64,000 nt of DNA from Candidatus Bathyarchaeota archaeon (GCA_963767735.1 CAVYES010000006.1:160001-224000), one strand, 5' to 3'; positions 9,367 through 20,227 are shown, numbered from the stretch's first letter. Program-made: numbers and translations. The notes: generated from the sequence alone by a model not told the origin.

Positions 9367-10388
9367 GGCACATCCACCTTATCCACCCGCCAACGAAGCT
9401 TCACATAACTCTCATCCAAAGGCGTAACCAACCCGTACTTGTACGCTAAGACGCCAGTCCATGCAATCATGGCGCCGTTGTCAGTTGCAAACTCAAGCGG
9501 AACTACGCTGAACCGTGCGTTATGCTCCTCCGCGATAACGTTAAGCATGGATTGCAACCGTTTATTGGCTGCTACCCCGCCTGTCAAAAGAACCTCCTTT
9601 TTCTCTGTATGCGCCAACGCACGCTCAGTAACTTCAGTAACCATCGAAAAAGCGTTCTCCTGAAGGCTATAGCACAAATCTTCCAAGCGGCATTTACTAT
9701 CATGCAGCTGAGCCGTCGCCGCCGTCAACAGACCGCTGAGGGAAAAGTCCATTCCCTTCACAACATATGGCAAAGAAATCAGCTTTTTTCCATTAGCTGC
9801 CAACCGCTCCACAGCTGCTCCAAGTGGCAAACCCTTCATGCTCTTGAGGCCCGCTTCGCGAGCGAAAACGTCCAAACAGTTCCCAAGGGCAATGTCTAAG
9901 GTTTCACCGAAAACTCTGTAGCGTCCCGCCTCAAAAGCTGTCACCATGGTGTTGCCGCCTGAAGCGTAAAGGGTCACTGGGTCGGAAACGCCAGTTTTTA
10001 GTTTTCCAATCTCAATATGCGCCACAGAATGGTTAACGCCCACGAGGGGAACCTCAAGGTACGACGCCAAAGCTCTGGCAACGGTGGCGCCTGTGCGCAA
10101 GCATGGCCCTAAACCTGGACCCTGGGAAAACGCGATAACAGACAAGTCACTTGGCTTAACGCTCGCCACCGTTAAAGAGTCGCTTAGCACTTTATCAGCA
10201 ACTTCAGCGTGGTGCCTTGCCGCTTCTCTTGGGTGGATTCCGCCTTCCGCTGGTATGTAACTGTCGGATTTGTTGGCGAGTATTTCTCCGTTGAAGTCGG
10301 CTATTCCAACGCCGAAATCGTCTGCTGAGGATTCTATGCCTAAACAGTAATTTTCATCTTTTCGCTGCTTGCTCTGCTTTTTTTTCAT
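9354..10388 (-). CDS. kae1: tRNA N6-threonylcarbamoyladenosine synthase Kae1
   Basis: GGIHPRE, GPGLGPCL, NHSVAHIE, SGGNT, GGVAAN, DNGAMIA. Start position uncertain. Confidence 0.95.
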   Translation of the reverse strand: MKKKQSKQRKDENYCLGIESSADDFGVGIADFNGEILANKSDSYIPAEGGIHPREAARHHAEVADKVLSDSLTVASVKPSDLSVIAFSQGPGLGPCLRTGATVARALASYLEVPLVGVNHSVAHIEIGKLKTGVSDPVTLYASGGNTMVTAFEAGRYRVFGETLDIALGNCLDVFAREAGLKSMKGLPLGAAVERLAANGKKLISLPYVVKGMDFSLSGLLTAATAQLHDSKCRLEDLCYSLQENAFSMVTEVTERALAHTEKKEVLLTGGVAANKRLQSMLNVIAEEHNARFSVVPLEFATDNGAMIAWTGVLAYKYGLVTPLDESYVKLRWRVDKVDVPWIQ

Positions 10389-10472
10389 GGATTCCACGTT
10401 TTTTAAGGGATACATATTTTTATCTGGATTCAACGCTTATATTCTAATTGCATTATTTGGAATTGATACTAG

Positions 10473-10907
10473 ATGCCTAAACGTAATGACCTTGAACAGA
10501 AAGCACTCCATTATGTGGTAAACACTGGTTATCAAGGCGTGCTTCAATCAGATTTATGGCGTGAACTAGGGGCAAGCAGTCGAGAAGGCTCGCGGGTCTC
10601 CATTAAACTGGAAGAAAAAGGTTTAATCCGCAGAGAAAAAGAACTGCAAGAAGGCAGATGGACATATCGCCTATACCCCAAAAGGCTTCCAGCGTCAATA
10701 GAAACTATCGTTGACTGCCCATGCTTACTCTGTCCCGACAACGAAAGGTGTGACCCAACAACTGCACTTTCGCCTAAAAGCTGCCCAAAACTTACCGATT
10801 GGATACTTGCCTTAGGAAAAGACCCCACCACCGCTGATCCTGCAATTCCAAGCGAACCGAGCACACCAGAGGATGATTCACTTGCCGAAAGCTTGGATTC
10901 AAGATAG
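10473..10907 (+). CDS. winged-helix plus Cys4 protein, RPC34-like / TFE-beta candidate
   Basis: GVLQSDLWRELG...SRVSIKLEEKGLIRR winged helix followed by CLLC-x5-C-x10-C...LTDW. Confidence 0.75.
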   Translation: MPKRNDLEQKALHYVVNTGYQGVLQSDLWRELGASSREGSRVSIKLEEKGLIRREKELQEGRWTYRLYPKRLPASIETIVDCPCLLCPDNERCDPTTALSPKSCPKLTDWILALGKDPTTADPAIPSEPSTPEDDSLAESLDSR

Positions 10908-11514
10908 AAAACGGGAATACTACTACAAAAAAGCTAAAGAAGAAAACTACCGCTCCAGAGCCACATACAAGCTAGTTCAAGCTAACACGAAATATGGTTT
11001 CATACAAAGAAACAGCGTAGTAGTAGATTTAGGCGCTGCACCCGGCGGATGGATTCAAGCCGCAAGAAAAATGACTGGAAAAAACGGTTTCGTTTTAGGC
11101 GTTGATTTAAAACCAATCGAACCTTTCACTCAGGAATACGTCCGAACAATAATCGCCGACTTCACTGAGCCAGACACAGTTGAGCAAATACGCTCTTTTC
11201 TGCCCCGCGAAGCAGATGTGGTAATTTCTGATGCCGCACCCAACATCACCGGCGTTTGGGAAGTTGACCATGCAAGACAAATTGACTTAGCCACCAAAGC
11301 ACTAGAAATAGCCCAATGCGTACTAAAACCCGGCGGAAACTTTTTTGTCAAACTCTTCGAAGGCGAAATGTTCAACGACTATATCCTCACAGTAAAAGAT
11401 CTTTTTGATACAGTAAAAATAGTGAAACCTGAAGCTAGCAGGCAAAAAAGCTCAGAAATGTACCTTTTGGCTTTAGGCTTGAAATCCGGGGGCAAATGCA
11501 AAGAGGAAACCTAA
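10873..11514 (+). CDS. rlmE: 23S rRNA 2'-O-methyltransferase RlmE/FtsJ
   Basis: YRSRATYKL, DLGAAPGGW, SDAAP, KPEASR, SSEMY. Confidence 0.95.
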   Translation: MIHLPKAWIQDRKREYYYKKAKEENYRSRATYKLVQANTKYGFIQRNSVVVDLGAAPGGWIQAARKMTGKNGFVLGVDLKPIEPFTQEYVRTIIADFTEPDTVEQIRSFLPREADVVISDAAPNITGVWEVDHARQIDLATKALEIAQCVLKPGGNFFVKLFEGEMFNDYILTVKDLFDTVKIVKPEASRQKSSEMYLLALGLKSGGKCKEET

Positions 11515-11551
11515 TTTCTTCTTTTAGCTTCATCATTGATTGGTGTAAGAC

Positions 11552-12244
11552 TTGAAAATCATTTCGGCGGATTCTGCAGCAGCAATATTAGATCAGCAGT
11601 TTAAGCCGCTTTACCTTGTTGCTTCCGTTTCGGTGTTGGTAAATCCACCGTACAGGGAACCATCTTTTCGGTTGGCTGAACCACTTTTTAGAGAAGTTGA
11701 CAGCGGCTTCGAAGTAATAGTGCATGAAGCAGAGCTTTGCAGAAGCTTGCTTGATAAAATGAAGGCTGACGTCGTACATTTGGATTTGACGCTTGGCGGG
11801 ATCACCGTTGAGGAGTTATCGCCGGTTGAGCTTTCAAACTTACGAGCTTCCAGAACGGGACGGCAAAACATTTTGAAGATTTTGCCAAGACTTAGAAAAA
11901 TTGCTGGCGAAATCAAGCGGATCCATGATGTGGATATGTTAGCTATTGGTAAAGAAAGTGTTCCCGTTCGTATCGCGGAGTTAACAGCTGGGGCAGAAGC
12001 AATTCTTTTTGCCTGTAAGATGGTGGTGGAGAAAAGAGAATCTGTTTTGCTGGGTTTGCCTTTGATGTGTCAACCGATGGTGCAAGAAGACCGTGTGTAT
12101 CTTTACTCGCTTATGGCGGCTGAGCATGATGTTTATGGCTACGCTGTTGATGTGGAAAGAATTTTGACAAAGGTTAAAATGGCAGAAGCGCTAAACCCTA
12201 TTGCCCGTGGATTTCGAACCTTAAACATTAAACTCGCAAACTAA
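11552..12244 (+). CDS. DUF4152-like conserved archaeal protein
   Basis: MKIISADSAAAIL...PPYR, DVVHLD and IGKESVPVRIAEL recalled from this family. Confidence 0.7.
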   Translation: MKIISADSAAAILDQQFKPLYLVASVSVLVNPPYREPSFRLAEPLFREVDSGFEVIVHEAELCRSLLDKMKADVVHLDLTLGGITVEELSPVELSNLRASRTGRQNILKILPRLRKIAGEIKRIHDVDMLAIGKESVPVRIAELTAGAEAILFACKMVVEKRESVLLGLPLMCQPMVQEDRVYLYSLMAAEHDVYGYAVDVERILTKVKMAEALNPIARGFRTLNIKLAN

Positions 12245-12256
12245 AGAAGGTATGCA

Positions 12257-12808
12257 ATGAAAATCGATTTGTCCTTTTGGACGACTGCTTCATCGAAACG
12301 CAAGAGAATCTACTCAATCATAATAATTTTTGTACTTGCATTGGTAATTACGGTTATCGGGAGCTATATACCAATTAGCCATCAAGACGCATTGTCAATA
12401 AGTAACAGTTTAAACGCGACTGTTAATACGCATAAGTCAAATGGCAGCTTAACAGAATATATTTTCATCAATAACTTCTCAATCGATTTGGTAATGTTTA
12501 TTCCAATAATTGGGCCCATAATAGGATTTATAATTCTGGGAAATACCGGCGTTGCACTTGGAGCAATATCTTCTGTGCAAGGCTATCCAGTATGGGTAGA
12601 ATTGCTAAGCTTAATTTTGACGCCAGTGTTCTGGTTGGAATTCATTGCCTATTCAACTGCAATAGCAGAAAGCATTTGGCTGACCCGCCGAATAATGCAG
12701 CGGCGCTGGCTTGAACTAAAAAACACTGCAATATTAATAGGAATCTGCGCCGCCATTCTTATTGTAAGCGCAATAATAGAAGTATGGCTAATATCTCTCG
12801 GCCTCTAA
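12257..12808 (+). CDS. SpoIIM-like membrane protein
   Basis: IFINN, LEFIAY and IVSAIIE motifs, multiple TM helices. Confidence 0.8.
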   Translation: MKIDLSFWTTASSKRKRIYSIIIIFVLALVITVIGSYIPISHQDALSISNSLNATVNTHKSNGSLTEYIFINNFSIDLVMFIPIIGPIIGFIILGNTGVALGAISSVQGYPVWVELLSLILTPVFWLEFIAYSTAIAESIWLTRRIMQRRWLELKNTAILIGICAAILIVSAIIEVWLISLGL

Positions 12809-12824
12809 ACCGATTAACCCTTTC

Positions 12825-13679
12825 TTAATTTTTCATTATTTCTAAGCTTATGTCTAATGCTTTAACGCTGTGAGTCAGCTCTCCTATGCTTATAATGTCA
12901 ACTTGCGCTGCTGCGTACTCCAAAAGGTTCTCGCCTGTAATTTTACCGCTTACTTCCAAAAGCACGTTGGCAAACCCGGCTTTCTTTAGCATTTCGCTTG
13001 CATCCTTAGCCTGCTTGGGCGAAAAGTTATCAAGCATTACAATATCCGCTCCAGCCTTTGCCGCCTGCATTGCATCATAAGCTTTTGTAACTTCAACCTC
13101 AATTTTTTTGCTGAAAGAAGCGTTCGCTTTTGCTTTTTTAACCGCATCCTCAACGCTTCCGACTATCACTAAATGGTTGTCTTTAATTAAAATCATATCA
13201 TCCAAATGAAGCCTATGCGGGTCTCCGCTTCCTATGGTTACTGCTTTTTTATCAAAATAAAGTAGTCCCGGCGCGGATTTACGTGTCGCAGCAATTTTCG
13301 CTTTACTGCCAGCGTTTTCAAGTTTCTTTGTTAACGTTCGTGTGGCAGTTGCGATGCCGCTCATTCTTGAAAGAAGATTTAGCATTGTTCTCTCAGCGCA
13401 AAGAATGGTTTGGGCATCTCCTGAGATTTCCATCAATATTTGTTTATTTTTTATTTTTTCTCCGTCAGCAACTTTAGCTTTAACGTTTAACCCCAAATAT
13501 TCGGCAAGAATGATTGTTTCTTCAATGCCTGCTACTGTGCCTTCTTCTTTAGCTAGAACTATTGCCTTTGCTTCTAAGTTTGGAGGAATGATTGCTTGCG
13601 CTGTTACATCGCCTTGCCCAATGTCTTCAGCAAGCATTTGCCTGAGTTTCTCTTCCATAATTTTTCTCGGAACAAACAT
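12825..13679 (-). CDS. nadC: nicotinate-nucleotide pyrophosphorylase (quinolinate phosphoribosyltransferase)
   Basis: ERTMLN, ATRK, HRLHLDDMILIKDNH, IEVEV, MLDN. Confidence 0.95.
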   Translation of the reverse strand: MFVPRKIMEEKLRQMLAEDIGQGDVTAQAIIPPNLEAKAIVLAKEEGTVAGIEETIILAEYLGLNVKAKVADGEKIKNKQILMEISGDAQTILCAERTMLNLLSRMSGIATATRTLTKKLENAGSKAKIAATRKSAPGLLYFDKKAVTIGSGDPHRLHLDDMILIKDNHLVIVGSVEDAVKKAKANASFSKKIEVEVTKAYDAMQAAKAGADIVMLDNFSPKQAKDASEMLKKAGFANVLLEVSGKITGENLLEYAAAQVDIISIGELTHSVKALDISLEIMKN

Positions 13680-13765
13680 ATCCTTTACAGTTGCGTTTAC
13701 ACCTTAAATTACTTGCTTCTTTCAAGCGGAATACGGCATAGTTAAAATAAATCCCCGCCTATCTT

Positions 13766-14914
13766 GTGTTTATGCGGTTGCTCTTAAGCTGCTCAGAGCT
13801 AGGATTAGGTCATGTTTCCCGTATCATTCCCTTAGGAAAGAGACTGGAGAAAAACGGTCATGAGTTGTTCTTTTTCTCTGGAGGCAAAGCTCACGAAATG
13901 CTCCAGAAAGAGTTTAAGAATGTTTACAAGTGCACTCCCGTATCGTGGTATGAGAACGCGCATGGCATAATTACTTCTGCTTCGCTAGTCAACCTCGTTT
14001 TTCCTCTTCCGTTGTTTAACCCGGAGAAAAATAGGCTTGAAATAAAAAACTCCAATGCATGGGAAACCATACATCGCTACTATGACCTTAGAGAAAACAT
14101 TCGAGACATTGCGCCTGACGTTCTTGTCGCTGATGGTGACATAAACGCTCTTAGGCTTGCGCAGAAATGGGGGTTTCCCTCAGTTTACATCGCAAACATG
14201 ATTAGGCCAAGCTATGGTTTCTCTGCTTTTCTTAATCCAGGCGAACGGCTGGTTGAACGATACGTAAAACGTTGCTCAAAAATAATAATTCCAGATAACC
14301 CCCCACCGTACACTGTCTCTGAATATAGTGTTGGAGATTTGAATAGTATCGTGGGATTAAACGGGAAAGTTGAATTCACAGGAAGCTTCGTTGATACAAA
14401 TCCAGTTAAAGGTTCCCAAGAACACATTTTTGTACCCATAAGCGGACCACCAGGCACAAGAGCAAAAGTAATGAAAACCATTCTCCCGGTGCTTGAAAAA
14501 CTTAAAACCAAATGCGTAATTAGCTTAGGAACGCCTGGTAAAAAAGTCACTTCCAAAATTGGTAACTGTGAACTTCACACATGGCTATCTTCACAGGAGC
14601 GGGAGGAGTTTATGAAGAACGCTAAATTCGTAATTTTTAGCGGTGGACACGCAACATGTTTTGAAACCATCAAATATTCAAAACCTAGCATTTGCATTCC
14701 GACGCAGCCTGAACAGTTGGGTAACGCTGCAAAACTGCAAGACTTAAACTGTTCAATAACCGTTAAAAACAAAGGCCAATTGCAAAAGGCAGTTGAGAGA
14801 ATGGAAAAGGAGCAAGAATCCTTCGACAAAAACATGTTGGCGCTCAACAAGTTCTCTAACAAGTTTAAAGGTTTAGACCGGGCAGTTACAATCATCGAAA
14901 CTCTACTAGATTGA
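13766..14914 (+). CDS. GT-B glycosyltransferase (GT28/MurG-like)
   Basis: GLGHVSR, SGGHAT, PTQPEQLGNA. Confidence 0.85.
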   Translation: MFMRLLLSCSELGLGHVSRIIPLGKRLEKNGHELFFFSGGKAHEMLQKEFKNVYKCTPVSWYENAHGIITSASLVNLVFPLPLFNPEKNRLEIKNSNAWETIHRYYDLRENIRDIAPDVLVADGDINALRLAQKWGFPSVYIANMIRPSYGFSAFLNPGERLVERYVKRCSKIIIPDNPPPYTVSEYSVGDLNSIVGLNGKVEFTGSFVDTNPVKGSQEHIFVPISGPPGTRAKVMKTILPVLEKLKTKCVISLGTPGKKVTSKIGNCELHTWLSSQEREEFMKNAKFVIFSGGHATCFETIKYSKPSICIPTQPEQLGNAAKLQDLNCSITVKNKGQLQKAVERMEKEQESFDKNMLALNKFSNKFKGLDRAVTIIETLLD

Positions 14915-14917
14915 CTA

Positions 14918-15541
14918 CTATTTTACGAGGTTTAAGCGTTTAACTTCGCCCAGCGGCGTTTCTTCCTCAAAAATAATGGCTTTAAACTTGTATACTTTAG
15001 CATCTTTGGTCAGCCAACTGTCTGGTGGGAGCCCTGCTTTGACGCAGCATTGACAAAGAAATTCTTCTTCACACCAACCCCATTCAACAGGCACCTGCGG
15101 AAGCAGTAAACCCTTATAAAAGCCTCTTTCAACGATTAAGCCGTCTTCACCAACCTTAATTTTACTCAAGTACTCTTTTGGGTTCTTAACTTCCACAGGT
15201 TCCGGAGGCGTTAACACGCTTACTTCAAAAACAACTTTGCCCATTTCCTTTAAGGTCAATGGATAAAATCTTGGGTCTTGAGTTGCAGCATTAATGGCGG
15301 AATCAATGACTGCCTCAACAAGCGGACTTGTCGGGTAAGGATAACCTATGCAGCCGCGAAGCTCCTTCTCTCCGCGGATTGGAGTGCTTATAGTTACGAA
15401 TACGCCGCATTGCTCAAAGAGCTTCTTAGGCGTCCCTTTTGGAGGTTGAATGATTTTACCCTTCTCCAATTTTTCGTTTACTGCACTTCGAGCAAGCTGG
15501 ATTAAAAATTTTCCTTCTTCTAAGCTTAGTTCAAACGACAT
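14918..15541 (-). CDS. AMMECR1-family protein
   Basis: GVFVT, LRGCIG, DPRF, EVSVL, GLLLPQV. Confidence 0.92.
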   Translation of the reverse strand: MSFELSLEEGKFLIQLARSAVNEKLEKGKIIQPPKGTPKKLFEQCGVFVTISTPIRGEKELRGCIGYPYPTSPLVEAVIDSAINAATQDPRFYPLTLKEMGKVVFEVSVLTPPEPVEVKNPKEYLSKIKVGEDGLIVERGFYKGLLLPQVPVEWGWCEEEFLCQCCVKAGLPPDSWLTKDAKVYKFKAIIFEEETPLGEVKRLNLVK

Positions 15542-15620
15542 AACATTTCCCTTTCCTCAGTAGGCGCGTAGGCGCAACTGAACCGCTTTTCCCGTGAAGA
15601 TAATTTGAAGAAAAATTGGT

Positions 15621-16310
15621 TTAAAACTTTACAGATTCTTCAGCTATTCCTTCCTTAGTTATTATGAGGAAGTCAATGCCGTCGCCGCTCATTGAATCTC
15701 TGCTTATTGCTGACTTTACAGCGCGCATCACGAGCTCTTTTGCTTCTTCTGCATTCATGGTTTCTTTGTAGCCTTCTTCTAAAACTCCTATGGCTATTTC
15801 TGTCCCTGAACCTACTGCTGCGTATTTATCAGGTATAAGCGAGCCTAAAACGTCAAGTACGTAGAGCGATGGGCCTTCTTCATCTAAACCGCCTACAATA
15901 GTTTGTGTAATTAAAGGTGCGTATCGACGGTTAAACAGGACGTTTGCCATAAGTTTTGAAGCGGCGCGCACGGTGATTTTTCTGCCAGTATCCATGCTGA
16001 AAAGATTAGCTTGCGCTTCCATCTCTTTAGCGAGAATTTGCATGTCTCCAACAAGCCCTGCGCAGGCTACGCCGATTCGGTCGGTTACTTTGAATACTTT
16101 TTTTCCGCCTTTACTCATAATGAAATAACCATATGTTACTCTTTTTTCAGCAGCTAAAAGTACTCCATCTGAGAAGACAACACCAACTGTAGTGGCGCCT
16201 GGCATCCAAGCGTAGCCGCCTTGCTGAGCTTGCTGCTGTGGATCCTGTGGCATTTGTGGATATTGGGGAACTTGCGGTATTTGAGGTAATTGTGGTCCAT
16301 AACTTTCCAT
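15621..16310 (-). CDS. psmB: proteasome beta subunit, probably non-catalytic type
   Basis: ATTVG, AAEKR, AGLVGD, GSG, RDSMSG. Gln/Pro-rich N-terminal extension; ATG at 16310 preferred. Confidence 0.92.
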   Translation of the reverse strand: MESYGPQLPQIPQVPQYPQMPQDPQQQAQQGGYAWMPGATTVGVVFSDGVLLAAEKRVTYGYFIMSKGGKKVFKVTDRIGVACAGLVGDMQILAKEMEAQANLFSMDTGRKITVRAASKLMANVLFNRRYAPLITQTIVGGLDEEGPSLYVLDVLGSLIPDKYAAVGSGTEIAIGVLEEGYKETMNAEEAKELVMRAVKSAISRDSMSGDGIDFLIITKEGIAEESVKF

Positions 16311-16639
16311 AATTTTCGCCTTTTCTCGGTGATATACACAAAACAATCTATTAAGCTTACTTATAACCATTCTAGAGAGTAAAGGAACTAAGCATAGGCG
16401 AGTCTACGCTTGTAGGTTGCAAAAAACGGGGCAAACAATCGGTTAACATAAGCGCGTGCTTGCAAGATACTGAATTTCCAGTAAGCAATTAAGAATGTTA
16501 ACATTAGTGCTGTTTGGAATGCAAAGACAAAATAAGTTTTTACAGCAAAAACTTTTAACATACCGCATGCTTTCTAACTATACTAATTAGTGGAGTAGAC
16601 CTCCGTCTCTGTCTCTGTGTAGGTGTAAAAGGAAGACAA

Positions 16640-17224
16640 ATGATAGAAATTTATACTCAAAACATGGGAGACGTTTGGTTCGGAGTAGCCTTTGCTCAAC
16701 AGCAGATTGTCACATCGTCATTTGGTGTAAGCCAACAATTAACGTTAAGCAACATTTTAGAAAATATACCGTTTAATGTGCCCTTTCAGGTTTTTCATGA
16801 GCCCTCAGCTTTCGCCAAAAACATTCTTGCTTCTTTAAAGAACATTTATGAGGGACAAAATGTTAACGCAAGCTTCCCGTTAGCCTTGACTCGTTTGCCA
16901 ATTTACACTCAAAAAGTGCTTAAAGCAACTGTCGAGATTCCTCTCGGTTACGTGGCTTCTTACGGCTCAATTGCCAAAGCGGCAGGCGGTGGACCAAGGG
17001 CTGTGGGAAACATTATGGCGGCTAATCCTTTTGCACCAATCGTTCCCTGCCACAGAGTTGTTAAATCTGATTTTACACTAGGCGGTTATGGCGGAGGCTT
17101 AAAAGTTAAACTCGAGCTCTTAGGCAGGGAGAAAAGAGGCTTCTCAACCTCAAAAGAAATAGAAGTCAATGGACGTCAGCTTCAGGTTTTCCCTGTTGAA
17201 TATGTTCTAAGAAATTTGGCTTAA
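16640..17224 (+). CDS. ogt: O6-methylguanine-DNA methyltransferase
   Basis: RAVG, NP and PCHRV motifs. Confidence 0.93.
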   Translation: MIEIYTQNMGDVWFGVAFAQQQIVTSSFGVSQQLTLSNILENIPFNVPFQVFHEPSAFAKNILASLKNIYEGQNVNASFPLALTRLPIYTQKVLKATVEIPLGYVASYGSIAKAAGGGPRAVGNIMAANPFAPIVPCHRVVKSDFTLGGYGGGLKVKLELLGREKRGFSTSKEIEVNGRQLQVFPVEYVLRNLA

Positions 17225-17288
17225 CCTGAATTTTTTTAACGCAAATCATAAAAGCATGCGAGCTTAACCTCAAAGGCGAGGAAGCACG

Positions 17289-17816
17289 TTGGTTAATCGT
17301 GGTCTTTACGTTGGCAGATTTCAGCCTTTCCATTTAGGTCACCTTGGCGCTATCAAGGCAGTTTTAAAAGAAGTTGATGAACTCGTCATAGTCATCGGTA
17401 GCGCTCAGTACAGCCATAACTCCAATAACCCGTTTACAGCGGGCGAGAGATTAGTTATGATTCGCCGTGCTTTGCAAGAGGCTAAAGTGGATTATTCTAA
17501 GCTTTGGATTGTTCCAGTTCCAGATGTCCATTTGCATATGATATGGGTTAGTGCGGTTGAAGGTTACACTCCAAAGTTTAATGTTTGTTATTCTAATGAG
17601 CCGTTGTCACGAAGGCTTTTCATGGAAGCAGGTTATCAAGTCAAAAACATTCCATTCTTTGATAGGAAACAATACGTGTCAACTATCATTAGAGAAAAAA
17701 TGCTTCAAGACGACAGCTGGACGGAGCTTGTTCCTAAAAGCGTCGCTGAATTCATCAATGAGATAGATGGGGTTAACAGGCTTAGAGATTTAGCTAGAAC
17801 AGACAGGGTTTCTTAA
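17289..17816 (+). CDS. nadM: nicotinamide-nucleotide adenylyltransferase
   Basis: GRFQPFHLGH, NPFTAGER. Confidence 0.95.
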   Translation: MVNRGLYVGRFQPFHLGHLGAIKAVLKEVDELVIVIGSAQYSHNSNNPFTAGERLVMIRRALQEAKVDYSKLWIVPVPDVHLHMIWVSAVEGYTPKFNVCYSNEPLSRRLFMEAGYQVKNIPFFDRKQYVSTIIREKMLQDDSWTELVPKSVAEFINEIDGVNRLRDLARTDRVS

Positions 17817-18377
17817 ACTACCATTTTTTCATCTGAAGCCTGATGATAAAAGCGCCAAGCAAGAAGATAAACAGTGATTAAAATTAGCAATTCAGCTAAT
17901 ACACCAATCGATGGCACAGCTACGACAGCAAAAAAGTTATTTGCAGCATGAAGCAGTACCGACGTCAGGTAGTAAGGTAGAGGTTTTTTCTTAGCGATAC
18001 CGTAAGCAGTTATAGCCGCGCTTGAAGCATGAAAAATAACGCCTGGGATTCTAACAATCAAAGGTACATCATAAATGAAAACATACAAAAAGAATTCAGA
18101 AATACCGAAACCTAACCCAATCAAAATACCTAAAGTTACAAGTGACCTTTCGGTTTCACCATGCCTATAGAATAATGGGAAAACTTTCGCTAACTCCTCT
18201 ACGAAAGGCGCTACTAAAATAACCGCTATAGCTCCGGGAAAAAAAGGGTAAAAGTTCGAAAAAAACAAAGCAAACGGAATACTCACAAGGATTCCAGAGG
18301 AGAAAAAGAAGATTAATTCTCTAATGACTCGGTTTATGAAGTGGTATAACGCATTGCTGTTGCGGTTTATCTTCCAT
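17813..18377 (-). CDS. PrsW-family intramembrane metalloprotease, frameshift near 5' end
   Basis: APFVEELAK, GFGISE, FHA, LLHAANN. The upstream ATG at 18377 is in another frame. Confidence 0.8.
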
Positions 18378-18438
18378 GAAAATAAGCTTCCTATAAAATA
18401 GTGAACTAAAGCTTCCTTATCAGCGTTTTTGCTGTCTC

Positions 18439-19818
18439 TCAGAAGCCAGCAGTTATGGGACTTTTGGGTTTCATTATTTCCCTGAGAACCACTGTTGCAT
18501 AGGAACCTCTGAGCAGCATGAAGCTTAACTCAGCTTGGCAGTCTTTGCCGCCTGCATTTGCTGAAACATTTTGCAGCTTAAAATCTCTGATCGGAGTTAC
18601 CGCCGTTCGCAAGCCGCCTTTGCCGCCAATTCTTGATAACGCGTTAATTCGCAGGTTCTCCAACTTGATTTCTTCTTCCTCAAGAACCTCCTTTTCTATT
18701 TGCCCCATGACCCCTTGAGAGAGCTTCTGCTTTACTCCAACAATGGGTAAAGCAACCCGCAGTTTTCCAGCCTTAATTTGCTCATTAACACTCATCAACA
18801 GTTTCCGCGGTTACATTTTTTGCCATGCTAGTCAAGGGCAATCCAGAACGTTCAACAGCAACCACGAAATCGCCAACCTCAGCCTTGTTCAAAGAGTAAC
18901 CATGCTTAACCCGCTCGCTGAGGAAACGATTAAACAGGTAAGACTGATGCGCTTGAACAAAAAGTTCTTGAAGCTTAACAGGCAACCTTTGAAAAGCGCC
19001 AATAAAATCATCTGGTTTATCTGCTAAGTGATTCAGCATTAACCTTTCAAATCGAAGTTGCTTAGGAAAATTTTCCAGTGCTTGCTTGAAATTTTTTGTT
19101 GATTGGAGTTCTTGGCGTGCTTGCCTTGAGGCTGGATGCTCGTGAACGCTTGGTTTAGCCAAAAAAAGCATTGCTGCCTCCTCAAAATTGCCTCTAACAA
19201 GGGCTTTTCCAACCAAATGCGTTATGGGACGGGTGGTTCCGAAGCGTTGGTGCCCAAAAAAGTTTGGAATGCCGCCTAAAGCTTCAAGCTCCTCAAGGGT
19301 CTGAGAAATTCTTGTTTCAACGGTTGATTTCCTTGTAGTTTTATGGCTTTGATTTTTATTGTGAAGAAGTTGCCAAGCAGGTAAAATAATGAAAGCGCCT
19401 CACGAAGATAGCCAACGGGGTAGAGTTGGATATCTTTAACATTAACTTTTGAAGCATCCTCTATCAAGCCATCCTCAATCGTTAAGTGCTGAGCTGTTAT
19501 GGCTTTTGCGTCTTTAATGCCTGCAATCTGGATGCGCCTCTGGTCAATGCCAAGTTGTTTTGCAACGTTTTTGATGGCTATGAACGTGTCCCAGTTGCGC
19601 TTCACCAAAACGCACAGCAAATACCTTTGCTTTTGAGGAGTAGAACCTAAAACCCTGCCTGCAACAGCCCCGTTCACGGATGCTTTTGAGCCGTCAACAA
19701 GAACTTCTTCAACCACAAAGTCATCAACCGCTTCACGGATGACGCCGCCGACGCCTAAGCTTTTGGTGGCGTAAACTTCGATGCCTAGCTGTTTATCAAG
19801 CGCTGACACAGGCAACAC
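18439..19818 (-). CDS. truD: tRNA pseudouridine(13) synthase TruD, split by two apparent frameshifts
   Basis: DFVVEE, AGIKDAKAITAQ, PNFFGHQRFG between the ORF pieces, AHQSYLFN, GSYATVVLRE. Confidence 0.9.
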
Positions 19819-19825
19819 AATCGCC

Positions 19826-20189
19826 TTAGAATAACTTAAGCTTACCAGTTAACCTATCAACCATTTCTGCTGGGGCAGGACCAATCCCTAAACATGTCAC
19901 TGTGCCCTCAGGAATCTGCGTTAAACCCCTATCAACAATCAACGCATGAGGCAAACCTAACTGGTCAGCAGCCTCTTCCAATTCCTGAAGCTCCTTTTCG
20001 TCTGGAACCTTAACTGCGATTTTCCGTTGCCCCTCATACAGCCAAGCTTCCCACCACTTCTTATGATGCGTTAAAAGCATCTTGAGCAGCTGAAACCGCA
20101 GCGTGCCCAGCTTGCGCCGCAATTTTGCCTTTACCCATCTTCAAATCGGTGCGGAAAACGAGGACTTGCTTGTATTCAAATTCGCCCAT
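19826..20189 (-). CDS. pth2: peptidyl-tRNA hydrolase Pth2, one frameshift
   Basis: [25 protein letters not shown], then [18 protein letters not shown]. Confidence 0.92.
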
Positions 20190-20227
20190 TCTCTTTTATC
20201 CCGCCTCTATGTTTAGCATCCAAGATT

